Origin: Rhizomicrobium sp.
GTDB taxonomy: Bacteria > Pseudomonadota > Alphaproteobacteria > Micropepsales > Micropepsaceae
DNA: 64,000 nt
Direction: 5' to 3'
NCBI GenBank assembly: GCA_036502185.1
Contig: DASXYZ010000002.1
Coordinates: 2,688 to 66,687 of the forward strand
In this document: in pieces, positions 37,866 through 47,326 of the stretch
Layout of the letters: each line of letters begins with the position of its first letter
Numbering within the stretch: position 1 is the first letter of the stretch
Translations under genes and position numbers: made by a program
Notes under the pieces: generated by a model
The model's database searches: none
Told to the model about the DNA's origin: nothing
The model's input: the letters and a program-made list of their open reading frames with translations, nothing else

Positions 37866-38734
37866 GCATTGCGCTTGCACTCGCCCGCGCTGCCCATCTG
37901 GCGTCTCTGCTGATCCTGTTCGGCTCGGAATCGGTGCAGGCGCTGTTTCGCGCCCAGATACCGAATCCGCCGGTCATTCCGCTTCCTGCCTCAACGCCGA
38001 TCTGGCTTGCGGCGCTGGCGCTGGCAACCGCGGTTCTGTGGTTTTTCCTCGCCGCCGGCATGATGGCCGATTCCGCGATGCCGCTCGGTCCTGCCGCGAT
38101 CTGGACGGTCGCGAAGGACACGCTATTCGGCCGAGTGTTCCTTGTCAGGCTCGCGTTGCTTGCACTGCTTCTCATCGTGGTAATCCGGTGGGAGCTTCAC
38201 AGCCTTCGCATTGCGCTCGTTGGTGCGGCTCTGGTGGCGATAGCGCTGACGAGCCATGCCGCTGCAAGGGGGGATCCGCGGTTCATGCTCGCCCGCGCGG
38301 CGAACGACTCACTGCACCTGCTCGCGGCGGGATTCTGGATCGGCGGTCTTGCTCTTCTTGTTCCGCTGGTACGCGTCAACCGCAACACGCCGAAAGCACT
38401 GCTTGCGCCGCTGCAATTGTTCTCTTCCTGGGGAATGGCCGCCGTCGCCCTGCTGATCGTCGCCGGCTCGATCAACGCGTGGCTGATATTGCACGGCGCA
38501 CCGGCGGGCGTGTCACTCGCCTACGCCGGTCTTCTGGCCGGAAAAATCGTCCTGGCGTCGCTGATGGTTGCGCTCGCGCTCAGCAACCGTCTGGGGCTCC
38601 TGCCCGAACTTGGAAAAGACCCGAACGCATCGGCGGCAAGCCTGATCTCATCCACGTTGGCCGAGCTGATTCTGGGACTCGTGATCGTCCTCATTGTGGG
38701 CTTTCTCGGTACGATGTCGCCCTTGATGGGCTGA
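37862..38734 (+). CDS. copD: Copper resistance protein CopD
   Basis: Multi-TM; TSHAAA, LHLLAAGFWIGGL, FS..G, L.GK, ALSNR; ATGA overlap with copC. Confidence 0.88.
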   Translation: MSIALALARAAHLASLLILFGSESVQALFRAQIPNPPVIPLPASTPIWLAALALATAVLWFFLAAGMMADSAMPLGPAAIWTVAKDTLFGRVFLVRLALLALLLIVVIRWELHSLRIALVGAALVAIALTSHAAARGDPRFMLARAANDSLHLLAAGFWIGGLALLVPLVRVNRNTPKALLAPLQLFSSWGMAAVALLIVAGSINAWLILHGAPAGVSLAYAGLLAGKIVLASLMVALALSNRLGLLPELGKDPNASAASLISSTLAELILGLVIVLIVGFLGTMSPLMG

Positions 38735-38902
38735 GGCGTGCTTGTCATCGCGGACTTGCGTGGCCAATCACAATCACGCGCATCCGATTTTCTTAATTGT
38801 GGAGGAAATGTGTCGACGCAAAGGTGCGCAGTGCAATTGACGGGCGCGAACCTCCACGCCTAGTCTTTGCGCACGGGCTGCGGGCAGAGAGGGAGTATTC
38901 TC

Positions 38903-39925
38903 ATGCACGCACGACATGGAATGTTATTTGGAACGGCATTGGTTGCGCTGGCCGCTGCGTTGCAGGCGGACGCAGCCACGCTCGTTCCCGTTACGCCGCC
39001 ACCGGGCGCAACCCAGACGATCGTATTCGGGATCAACAAGCACGCGGTCATCACCGGCTCATATATTGACTCGAACGGCGTGACTCATGGCTTCTTCGGT
39101 CCGCTCAACGGAACCTATACGACGTTCGACTATGGCAACGGCACGACCGGAACGGCCGCGCGCGCCATCGACGATGACGGGAACATCACCGGCTTCGCCG
39201 AGGGTCCGAATTACGTGGTCGGAGTGGAATTTTTCCGGGAGGATGACGGCACGCTGAAGACCATCGAAAAGGATGGCGCGCCGCTCGATGGCGTTGCCCA
39301 GGGAATCATCAAGAAGGACGAGACCTCGACGGGTGATTACGTCGATCCCGATACGGGCGTCCGCAACGGCTATCTGGCAAAAGACGGGAATTACCTGTCG
39401 GACGTCAATCTCGGACGGAACGTTTATTCCACCAATCCCCGTGCGCTCAACTGGTTCGGAACACTGGCCGGCTTCTACTACGATCCCGACGGGACGACGT
39501 CGCACGGCTTCATTCTCAAGAACGGCATCGTCCAGGTGGTCGATGCCGATGACAGCGGCACCACGGCGCTCGAAGGCATCAACAAGAAGGAGTTTGCCGC
39601 AGGCCAGGTCATCGATTCCCAGGGCGAGCCGCATGCCTTTACCTACGACAACAGGACCGGCGTGTTCACGACCATCGATGTCCCCGACGGTTCGCCGGGC
39701 CAGCAGGCCTGGGGCGTGAACGACAAGGGGCAGGTTGCGGTGAGCACGAACAGCGGCAACTCGTACATCTACTGCTTGAAGAACGTGCTTTGCCCTCGTG
39801 GCGGAAGGACCATCCCGGACGGGCGTTCGTGGACGCACGCAGCCGCGCTCCACTATGGCCGCAATGGCCGAACAAGCGCGAAAGCGGCCGCATCCCGGCC
39901 GACGCTCCACGGGGCTCGCCGGTAA
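38903..39925 (+). CDS. Secreted HAF-like repeat (beta-propeller) protein
   Basis: Signal peptide (ADA); about six ~45-aa repeats with GIN..G...G.Y.D..G..HGF. Confidence 0.75.
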   Translation: MHARHGMLFGTALVALAAALQADAATLVPVTPPPGATQTIVFGINKHAVITGSYIDSNGVTHGFFGPLNGTYTTFDYGNGTTGTAARAIDDDGNITGFAEGPNYVVGVEFFREDDGTLKTIEKDGAPLDGVAQGIIKKDETSTGDYVDPDTGVRNGYLAKDGNYLSDVNLGRNVYSTNPRALNWFGTLAGFYYDPDGTTSHGFILKNGIVQVVDADDSGTTALEGINKKEFAAGQVIDSQGEPHAFTYDNRTGVFTTIDVPDGSPGQQAWGVNDKGQVAVSTNSGNSYIYCLKNVLCPRGGRTIPDGRSWTHAAALHYGRNGRTSAKAAASRPTLHGARR

Positions 39926-40077
39926 TTGTCTCAAGATCGGTATCGGCTGAGGTGCCTTGCGCACCCCAGCCGATGTCTGTCGCTGTTAGTGTCCGGTTGT
40001 AAAGAGGGAGCGGGACGAACGAACGCCTGACAAACTGTAGGCGGGGATCTTACGCCCGCCAGACACGCGCCAGGTCC

Positions 40078-40971
40078 TCACGACATCGGGTTCGGTGAGG
40101 ACGCAGGTCGGTCCGGCAACGGAATGAATTCCTTGTCGTCGGCCACGGGCAATTTCATGCGCCCGGCCTGCCAGTCGGCCGCAGCCTGTGACAGGCGCTC
40201 CTGCGACGAGGAAACGAAATTCCAGTAGAGGAAGCGTTCCCCGATGGATTCGCCGCCCAGCACCATCACGGTTGAATGCACCATAGCTTGCATGCGCGAT
40301 GCGCCGGCATCTATCACGATCATTTTGCCGGCGCCGAAGCGCTCGCCTTCGATTTCAATCGCGCCAGCGGCGATATAGATCGCGCGCTCCGCATGGTCGC
40401 GGGGAATTTCCGCTGTCCTATCCGGTTCCATCTCGAGATGCACGTAGAACAAAGGCGAATGGATGCGCACGCCTGCCGAAAGGCCATAGGCAGTTCCCGC
40501 AATCAGCCGGCCGTGAACGCCAGCGTCGCTCCATTGCGGCAGGTCCGCGCCCTCGTGATGCGAAAAGGACGGTTCGCTCTCCTCGTCGCGTTCCGGCAAC
40601 GCAACCCACGCCTGGATGCCGTGGAGATGATCGCCTTGCGCGCGCGCTTTCTCGAAGCGCTCGCTGTGCGTGATGCCGCGGCCCGCCGTCATCCAGTTCA
40701 CTTCGCCCGGGCGCACCGCGACGGCGGACCCAAGGCTGTCGCGATGCATGACCTCGCCTGCAAAAAGATAGGTCACGGTAGAAAGCCCGATATGGGGATG
40801 CGGTCGCACGTCGACGCTGCGATCCACACCGCGTGCGAGATCGAGCGGCCCCATGTGATCGAAGAAAACGAACGGGCCGATCATGCGGCGCCGGGCGAAG
40901 GGAAGGACGCGACCGACCTCGAGGCCGCCGCCCAGACTCCTGCGCCGCTGGTCGATCACCAAATCGATCAC
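40078..40971 (-). CDS. Pirin family protein
   Basis: IGPFVFFDHMGP, PHPHIGLSTVTYLF, HRDSLG, MTAGRGITHSE, HGIQAWVALP; GTG start. Confidence 0.93.
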   Translation of the reverse strand: MIDLVIDQRRRSLGGGLEVGRVLPFARRRMIGPFVFFDHMGPLDLARGVDRSVDVRPHPHIGLSTVTYLFAGEVMHRDSLGSAVAVRPGEVNWMTAGRGITHSERFEKARAQGDHLHGIQAWVALPERDEESEPSFSHHEGADLPQWSDAGVHGRLIAGTAYGLSAGVRIHSPLFYVHLEMEPDRTAEIPRDHAERAIYIAAGAIEIEGERFGAGKMIVIDAGASRMQAMVHSTVMVLGGESIGERFLYWNFVSSSQERLSQAAADWQAGRMKLPVADDKEFIPLPDRPASSPNPMS

Positions 40972-41070
40972 GAATTGACTCCCGCATCCGCGTTCCGCGA
41001 ACCGCCTTCGTACACCCGGGAGTACTCCGCGAGCCACTCTCGCCGAGAGATTTGGCGTACAGTCCACCGC

Positions 41071-42072
41071 ATGGATGCCGATCTGCACGAATTTCTGATT
41101 GAAAGCGGCCTCGCCTCGCCCGGCGCGCAGGCCATTTGCACGCCACTTTTCGGCGGAGTCTCCTGCGATGTCTGGCGCGTCGAGGCCGAGGGTCGCGCAA
41201 TCTGCGTGAAGCGTCCGCTGCCGCGGCTGCGCGTCGCCGCGGTTTGGGAAGCACCTGTATCGCGGAGTGCACAGGAGTACGCCTGGCTCGAATTTGCCCG
41301 CTGCATCGTACCGCGTTCGGCTCCGAAGCCGCTTGCGCACGATCCGGTGCGCGGCTTCCTGGCGTTGGAATATCTCGAGCCTTCGCGCCATCCAGTCTGG
41401 AAGGCGCAACTTCTCGACGGCCGGATCGAGCCGCAGTTTGCGGAAGCCGTAGCCCGCATGCTTGCAAAATTCCATGCCGCCAGCGCAGGCGATGCGACAA
41501 TTGCCACGCGTTTCGACACCGGCGAGGCATTCTTCGCGCTGCGGATCGATGCCTATCTTCTCGAAGCCGCGCGACGGAATCCCGACGTTTCGGAACCGTT
41601 GCGGCGCCTCGCCGATGCGACATTCACGACAAGAATCGCTCTGGTGCACGGCGACGTGAGCCCGAAGAACATCCTCGCCGGTCCCGCGGGCCCCGTCTTC
41701 CTCGATGCAGAGACGGCGTGGTTCGGCGATCCCGCCTTCGACCTCGCCTTCTGCCTCAATCACCTGCTTCTCAAATGTCTCGCGCGGCCCCCTTTTGCAA
41801 GCGCTTATCTCACCTGTTTCGCCGCGTTCCGTTCCGCATATTTTTCCGGTGTGACATGGGAAAACGCAGCAGCACTCGAACTACGAACGGCGCGTCTGCT
41901 GCCTGCGCTGTTGCTCGCGCGCATCGACGGCAAGTCGCCAGTCGAGTATCTGACGGAGCCGGACAGGAATTTTGTGCGGAGATTCGCGTGCGGGTTGCTG
42001 CTCGGACCGGTGGATCACCTCACAATTCTGTCGGCGACATGGAAGGCCGCGCTTGCCTCACGGCCACAATGA
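41071..42072 (+). CDS. Aminoglycoside-phosphotransferase-family kinase (methylthioribose kinase-like)
   Basis: GGVSCDVW, VKRPL, LVHGDVSPKNIL, LDAE.AWFGDPAFDLAF. Confidence 0.8.
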   Translation: MDADLHEFLIESGLASPGAQAICTPLFGGVSCDVWRVEAEGRAICVKRPLPRLRVAAVWEAPVSRSAQEYAWLEFARCIVPRSAPKPLAHDPVRGFLALEYLEPSRHPVWKAQLLDGRIEPQFAEAVARMLAKFHAASAGDATIATRFDTGEAFFALRIDAYLLEAARRNPDVSEPLRRLADATFTTRIALVHGDVSPKNILAGPAGPVFLDAETAWFGDPAFDLAFCLNHLLLKCLARPPFASAYLTCFAAFRSAYFSGVTWENAAALELRTARLLPALLLARIDGKSPVEYLTEPDRNFVRRFACGLLLGPVDHLTILSATWKAALASRPQ

Positions 42073-42080
42073 AGCACCCG

Positions 42081-42884
42081 TTACCTCTGTAAGGGAACAA
42101 TCTCCCGCAGCCGTGCAAGCTCGAGCCCCGCATTCGCCAGATCGCCGGGAAATTCGGGGCCGAAGAGATAGCGCCATTCGTCGGCGCGGGTCTCCTGCAC
42201 GGGATCGCGTTCCGCAAGTGTCGAGTCCGGGTGGCCGGGATGGCAAATGACGAGAGTGCCGTCGTGCGCGCTCGCGATCATGTTCCGGAACAGTTCGCCG
42301 AAGGGCACTTTCTCGCGGAACGTGCGGACACCACGAAAGCCGCGGTTCGTCACAACGCCCGCTGTGCGCGCCAACCGGTCGAGCCCGCGCGAGGCGCGCG
42401 CGAGATAGAAGGATTCGGGTGCCGAAGGCCGCCGCCACATCGACGCATCGATCGGCTCGCGCGTGCTGCGCACATAAGCGCCGACGCGCGCCGCCGCGGA
42501 GATCACAGCCTCGCGCACCACCGGCAGCACGTGCACATGCTGGTGCCCGTCGATGTAATCTGGTAGCCGGCCCATGACCTCGGTGAATTTTCCCAGCTGC
42601 CGCTCCACCTCGTCCTGTAGAACCGCGAGCCGAGGCGGCCTCAGGTGACATTCGAGTGCGACGCTCGCAATCGAGCGGGACCCCGTCAGCGAAAAATGAA
42701 GCCCCAGATCGGCATGGCCTGCGAATGGTTCGAGCAGCTTCGCGTCGCATGCGAACTCCGGATAGTTCACCATGCAACTCGTGGCGGAGAGCCGCCCGGC
42801 CTCAAGCAACTCGACGATCCCGCGGCTCACGCCCGGCGAAAGCCCGAAATCGTCGGCACAGAGAACGATGCGGTTTGCGCTCAT
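42081..42884 (-). CDS. ChbG/HpnK (YdjC) family deacetylase
   Basis: LCADDFG, LGLHF, PDYIDGHQHVH, ICHPG. Confidence 0.9.
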   Translation of the reverse strand: MSANRIVLCADDFGLSPGVSRGIVELLEAGRLSATSCMVNYPEFACDAKLLEPFAGHADLGLHFSLTGSRSIASVALECHLRPPRLAVLQDEVERQLGKFTEVMGRLPDYIDGHQHVHVLPVVREAVISAAARVGAYVRSTREPIDASMWRRPSAPESFYLARASRGLDRLARTAGVVTNRGFRGVRTFREKVPFGELFRNMIASAHDGTLVICHPGHPDSTLAERDPVQETRADEWRYLFGPEFPGDLANAGLELARLREIVPLQR

Positions 42885-42989
42885 GCGTGGTTCGGGAGCG
42901 GCCGGACGACACGCTGAAAATCGCGAATCGACCGAATGCAGCGCAAGGCTCGCGCGTTTTGATTGTCGTAGAGAAAAGGAACTCCTGCC

Positions 42990-43316
42990 ATGGCGGCGCA
43001 CGCCTCTCGCAAACCCCGCACCAAGCGAAGACAAGTCCGCAGCCGCACAAACAGATGGTCCGGTCGCGTGACCCGCGAGAGCAATGCGCTCGATCTGAAA
43101 GGAGGAGTTTTCACGTTGCGTGACCCCAGAAAAATCGCTGCTTCGCTCAAACGCTCCGCCGAACGGAGCAATCGCCGCAAAGTCGATCCGTTCCGCTCGG
43201 CGCTGTCGATGCTCACCTTCTATATCAATCGTGGCGGACGGAATCTCCCCGAAAGCCGCAAGCGCATTCTCGAACGCGCGAAGGCGGAACTGCGGCGGCA
43301 GTTCGGCCGCGCTTGA
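42990..43316 (+). CDS. DUF3175 family protein
   Basis: WS..VT.ESNALDL..GVF...DPRKIA.SLKRSAE.S.RRK..PFRSALSMLTFYINR. Confidence 0.85.
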   Translation: MAAHASRKPRTKRRQVRSRTNRWSGRVTRESNALDLKGGVFTLRDPRKIAASLKRSAERSNRRKVDPFRSALSMLTFYINRGGRNLPESRKRILERAKAELRRQFGRA

Positions 43317-43368
43317 ACCCCGTGGTCCTCACGATTAGGTTCCCCCCGCAACCAGCCGCGCCCGGTTC

Positions 43369-44403
43369 ATGGAGATCAAGCCCGATATTGTTGCCGCGAT
43401 CGGGAACACGCCGCTCATCCGCCTGAAGCGCGCTTCCGAGCAGACGGGCTGCAACATTCTCGGCAAGGCCGAGTTCATGAATCCCGGTCAGTCCGTCAAG
43501 GATCGCGCGGCGCTGTACATCATCCGCGACGCGATCGAACGCAGGATCCTCAGGCCGGGCGGCGTGATCGTGGAAGGCACGGCCGGCAACACCGGAATAG
43601 GGCTCGCAGTCGTCGCCAACGCGCTCGGCTTCCGTACGCTGATCGTCATTCCCGAAACCCAGAGCCAAGAAAAAAAAGACGCGCTGCTTCTCCTCGGCGC
43701 GGAGTTGGTCCAGGTTCCGGCGGTGCCGTATCGGGACCCCAACAACTACGTGAAGCTGTCCGGGCGGCTCGCGCAGCAGCTGGCGGAAAGCGAGCCAGCG
43801 GGCGCGGTGTGGGCGAACCAGTTCGACAATGTCGCGAACCGCCGTGCTCATGTCGAAACCACGGGCCCGGAAATCTGGCGCCAGACCAGCGGCAAGATCG
43901 ATGGATTCGTCTGTGCCGTGGGAACGGGTGGGACGCTCGCCGGCGTTGCCATCGCGCTCAAGGCACGCAATCCCGCCGTGCGCATCGTCGCGGCCGATCC
44001 GATGGGCGCTGCGATCTACAGCTGGATCAAGACGGGCACCCTCGCTTCCGAAGGCACTTCGATCACCGAAGGCATCGGCCAGGGGCGCGTGACCGCCAAT
44101 CTCGAAGGCGCGCCCATCGATGACGCCTACCGGATCAAGGACAGCGAGGCGCTGCCCATCCTCTTCGATCTCGTGCTGCAGGAAGGCTTGTGCCTCGGTG
44201 GCTCGAGCGGCATCAACATCGCCGGCGCCATCCGGCTTGCGCGGGATCTGGGACCGGGCCACTCCATCGTGACCATGCTCTGCGACTACGGTACGCGCTA
44301 CAGCGCCAGGCTCTTCAATCCCGAATTCCTGCGAGCGCACGATTTGCCGGTTCCACCCTGGCTCGCACATGCAGGCGAGCATCGCGACCTGCCGCTCCAA
44401 TGA
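43369..44403 (+). CDS. cysK: Cysteine synthase A family PLP enzyme
   Basis: IGNTPLIRL, KAEFMNPGQSVKDR, EGTAGNTG, GTGGT, GGSSG. Confidence 0.9.
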   Translation: MEIKPDIVAAIGNTPLIRLKRASEQTGCNILGKAEFMNPGQSVKDRAALYIIRDAIERRILRPGGVIVEGTAGNTGIGLAVVANALGFRTLIVIPETQSQEKKDALLLLGAELVQVPAVPYRDPNNYVKLSGRLAQQLAESEPAGAVWANQFDNVANRRAHVETTGPEIWRQTSGKIDGFVCAVGTGGTLAGVAIALKARNPAVRIVAADPMGAAIYSWIKTGTLASEGTSITEGIGQGRVTANLEGAPIDDAYRIKDSEALPILFDLVLQEGLCLGGSSGINIAGAIRLARDLGPGHSIVTMLCDYGTRYSARLFNPEFLRAHDLPVPPWLAHAGEHRDLPLQ

Positions 44404-45248
44404 CCACACCCGCGTCGCCGCTTGTTTCGACAGAATGGCTCGGCGCGCATCTTGCGGCGCCCGATGTCCGGGTGGCGGATGCCTCCTGGTATCTGCCGCA
44501 GGCCGGACGCGATGCCCAAGCGGAGTATCTGTCGGCGCATATTCCGGGCGCGGTGTTCTTCGGTATCGAGGATCTCTCCGACGAAACACGCGAGCTGCCG
44601 CACATGCTGGCGCCAGCGACGAAGTTTGCGAGCCGCATGCGGAAGCTGGGCCTGGGAGATGGCAATCTCATCGTGGTCTACGACGGGTCGGGGATTTATT
44701 CCGCGCCACGCGCCTGGTGGATGCTGCGCGCCATGGGCCACGAGGAAGTCGTCGTGCTCGATGGCGGGCTGCCGAAATGGAAGCGGGAGGGACGGCCTGT
44801 CGAGGACCTCGTTCCCCATCCGCATCCGCGCCATTTCACGCCCAGGCCCAACAACGCGCTGTTGCGCGAATTTTCCCAGCTCGCGGAGAATCTCAAGACT
44901 CGCCGCGAGCAGGTGGTTGACCTGCGCAGCGCCCCGCGCTTTGAGGGTAAGGAAGCCGAGCCGCGCCCGGGAGTGCGTCCGGGCCATATCCCCGGCAGCT
45001 CCAATGTTCCGTATGCGGAGCTGACCGATGCCCAGGGCACGCTCAAACCACGCGACGCGTTGCTCGCGATTTTGCGCGCGCACGGCGTGGATCCAGCGAA
45101 GCCGATCGTGACGACCTGCGGTTCGGGAATAACCGCGGCGATCGGCATGCTGGCGCTGACGGTCGCCGGCGCCCGCGATCTGGCGCTCTACGACGGCTCG
45201 TGGGCGGAATGGGGCGCGCGCGCCGAGGTCCCGGTCGCGACCGGATGA
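44400..45248 (+). CDS. sseA: 3-mercaptopyruvate sulfurtransferase
   Basis: LVSTEWL, HIPGAVFF, RAWWML, GHIPGS, TCGSGITA, LYDGSWAEWG; ATGA overlap. Confidence 0.92.
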   Translation: MTTPASPLVSTEWLGAHLAAPDVRVADASWYLPQAGRDAQAEYLSAHIPGAVFFGIEDLSDETRELPHMLAPATKFASRMRKLGLGDGNLIVVYDGSGIYSAPRAWWMLRAMGHEEVVVLDGGLPKWKREGRPVEDLVPHPHPRHFTPRPNNALLREFSQLAENLKTRREQVVDLRSAPRFEGKEAEPRPGVRPGHIPGSSNVPYAELTDAQGTLKPRDALLAILRAHGVDPAKPIVTTCGSGITAAIGMLALTVAGARDLALYDGSWAEWGARAEVPVATG

Positions 45249-45775
45249 CCGGCGCCCGCCCGCCCCGCCGCATCCCGACCGTCGTGACCTTTCTTGAGAT
45301 GAAGGCACGGCCCTCGGCCATTTCTCCCCCGCAGCCCAAGGGCAAGATCGCGCTCCTGCGCGCGCTTCATCCGCCCGTGCATTTCTACCGCTACCTCTAC
45401 GATGCGATCGGCCGCACCTATCACTGGGTGGACCGCAAGAAACTCTCCGACGACCAGCTCGCCTCGGTGCTCGCCGAGGATCGGCTCGAACTCTACGTGC
45501 TGTACGTCGAAGGCTGTCCCGCCGGCATGGCGGAGCTGGAATTCCGGGACGCCGCGACCGCAAACCTCGGCTATTTCGGCCTGCTCCCCGAATATGTCGG
45601 CCGCCGCCTCGGCTACTTCTTTCTCTACCATACGGCGCTCAATGCCTGGTCGAGACCGATCTCGCGGTTTCTCGTCAACACCTGCACGCTCGACCATCCC
45701 CGCGCCCTGCCGCTCTATCAGCGGTTGGGATTTGTCCCCTACAGCCGCGAGGATCGTTTCATCGAGCTGGTGTGA
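45245..45775 (+). CDS. GNAT N-acetyltransferase
   Basis: FYRYLY..IG..Y.W, YFGLLPEYVGRRLG, VNTCTLDHP.AL..YQRLGF. Confidence 0.85.
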   Translation: MTGARPPRRIPTVVTFLEMKARPSAISPPQPKGKIALLRALHPPVHFYRYLYDAIGRTYHWVDRKKLSDDQLASVLAEDRLELYVLYVEGCPAGMAELEFRDAATANLGYFGLLPEYVGRRLGYFFLYHTALNAWSRPISRFLVNTCTLDHPRALPLYQRLGFVPYSREDRFIELV

Positions 45776-45855
45776 AACGGCGGGCGCGCCCGCCGATTGC
45801 GTCGCGTTCCGAACCGTGCAGACTCGGGCCCGTCAAGGAACGGAGGACGTTGGGG

Positions 45856-47304
45856 ATGGCTGCCGAGCGCACAGCTGCGCCGAAAGAAAAGACGCTGTTC
45901 GGGCACCCGCTCGGGCTGACGCATCTCTTCACGACCGAAATGGCGGAGCGGTTCTCCTATTACGGGATGACGTCGTTCCTGATCCTCTATCTCACCAAGG
46001 ATCTTCTGCTTGGCGGCCATCACGACAGCGTCATCGGCTATTCCGGCGTCAAATCCGCGCTGGAAACCGTGCTGGGCCCTCTCTCCGTGGTGCGGTTGGG
46101 CTCGATCATCTTTGGTCTCTATACCGGCCTTGTGTACCTGACGCCCGTGTTCGGCGGATATCTCGCCGACCGCGTTCTTGGGCAGCGCTACGCCGTGGTC
46201 GCGGGCGGCATTGTCATGGCGGCGGGCGAATTCATGCTGACGCAGGATTCGCTCTTCTTCTTTGGTCTTCTCGCGCTCATCGTCGGCAATGGCGGCTTCA
46301 AGCCGAACATCTCGACCCAGGTGGGTAATCTTTACGCAGCAGGGGATTCGCGGATCGACCGCGCCTATTCGATCTTCTACGTCGGCATCAATATCGGCGC
46401 GACTCTTGCGCCGTTGATTTGCGGTACGCTGGCTTCGGAAGTCGGCTGGCACTGGGGGTTCTTCGCGGCAGGCGTGGGCGTTTCGCTGGGTGTCATCAAC
46501 TATCTGTTCGCGCTGCGCACGCTGCCACCGGATCGCATTACCAGGGCACGCAGGACGGGCGAAAAGGTTCAGCGGAGCAAGATGACCGCGGAAGAACGCA
46601 AGTCGGTGCTCGCGATCATCGCGCTGTGCATACCGACCGCGCTCTTCTGGACCGCCTACCAGCAGCAGTCGATCACCATCAATCTGTGGGCGCAGGATTA
46701 TACAAATCGAACCCTCGCAATCCCTGGGCTGTTCCGGTTCGATATGCCGGCGCCGTGGTCGCAGTTCATCAATCCGGCCTTCATCTTCGCGTTCACGCCG
46801 TTTGTCATCGGCCACTGGGCCTGGCAGTCACGAAGGAACCGCGAGCCCTCGACGGTGCTCAAGATGGCCATCGGTTGCGGGCTGCAGGCGCTGTCATTCC
46901 TGATCATGGCGGGCGTGGCCTTTCTGACCGGCCCGCACGGACAGGCGACATGGCTGTGGCTCATCCTCTTCTTCGTCATCTATACGCTCGCGGAGCTTTA
47001 CGTTTCTCCCATCGGGCTTGCGCTCGTCGCCCGTGTCGCACCTCCGCAGGTGCTGTCGATGATGATGGGCTTCTGGTTCATCGCGACTTTCGTCGGCAAC
47101 ATCGCGGCGGGCTACATGGGCGGCTTTTGGGATAATATGAGCAAACCCGCGTTCTTCCTGATGACCGCCGCCGTACCGGCCGTCGCCAGCGTGATCATCT
47201 TCCTGTTCGACAGGCCTTTGCGGCCGATCCTGGAAAAGCGGGGGAACACACCGCTTACGCCTGGACCGGATCTGGCGACCGAAGAGGCCGTTCCGGCGGA
47301 ATAG
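45856..47304 (+). CDS. Proton-dependent oligopeptide transporter (POT/PTR, MFS)
   Basis: LFGHP.GL..LF.TEMAERFSYYGM (ExxERF), GNGGFKPN, FY.GINIGA. Confidence 0.93.
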   Translation: MAAERTAAPKEKTLFGHPLGLTHLFTTEMAERFSYYGMTSFLILYLTKDLLLGGHHDSVIGYSGVKSALETVLGPLSVVRLGSIIFGLYTGLVYLTPVFGGYLADRVLGQRYAVVAGGIVMAAGEFMLTQDSLFFFGLLALIVGNGGFKPNISTQVGNLYAAGDSRIDRAYSIFYVGINIGATLAPLICGTLASEVGWHWGFFAAGVGVSLGVINYLFALRTLPPDRITRARRTGEKVQRSKMTAEERKSVLAIIALCIPTALFWTAYQQQSITINLWAQDYTNRTLAIPGLFRFDMPAPWSQFINPAFIFAFTPFVIGHWAWQSRRNREPSTVLKMAIGCGLQALSFLIMAGVAFLTGPHGQATWLWLILFFVIYTLAELYVSPIGLALVARVAPPQVLSMMMGFWFIATFVGNIAAGYMGGFWDNMSKPAFFLMTAAVPAVASVIIFLFDRPLRPILEKRGNTPLTPGPDLATEEAVPAE

Positions 47305-47326
47305 ATTTCTGGCTCTCCTTCCGGCG

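Noticed and set aside
38799-38874. Two interleaved 7-bp stems (pseudoknot-like) and GACGCAAAG upstream of the propeller gene, suggesting a c-di-GMP riboswitch
   Set aside because: The GGCAAA/GNRA-receptor architecture is absent, and 7-bp complementarity is common in GC-rich DNA
40972-41763. Extensions of the 561-aa pirin ORF and the 598-aa kinase ORF that make them appear to overlap
   Set aside because: Each is the antisense shadow of the other gene; homology begins at 40971 and 41071
42933-42958. Possible EcfG promoter CGAAT-N17-CGTT before DUF3175
   Set aside because: The -35 element matches only 3 of 5 positions; too weak to call
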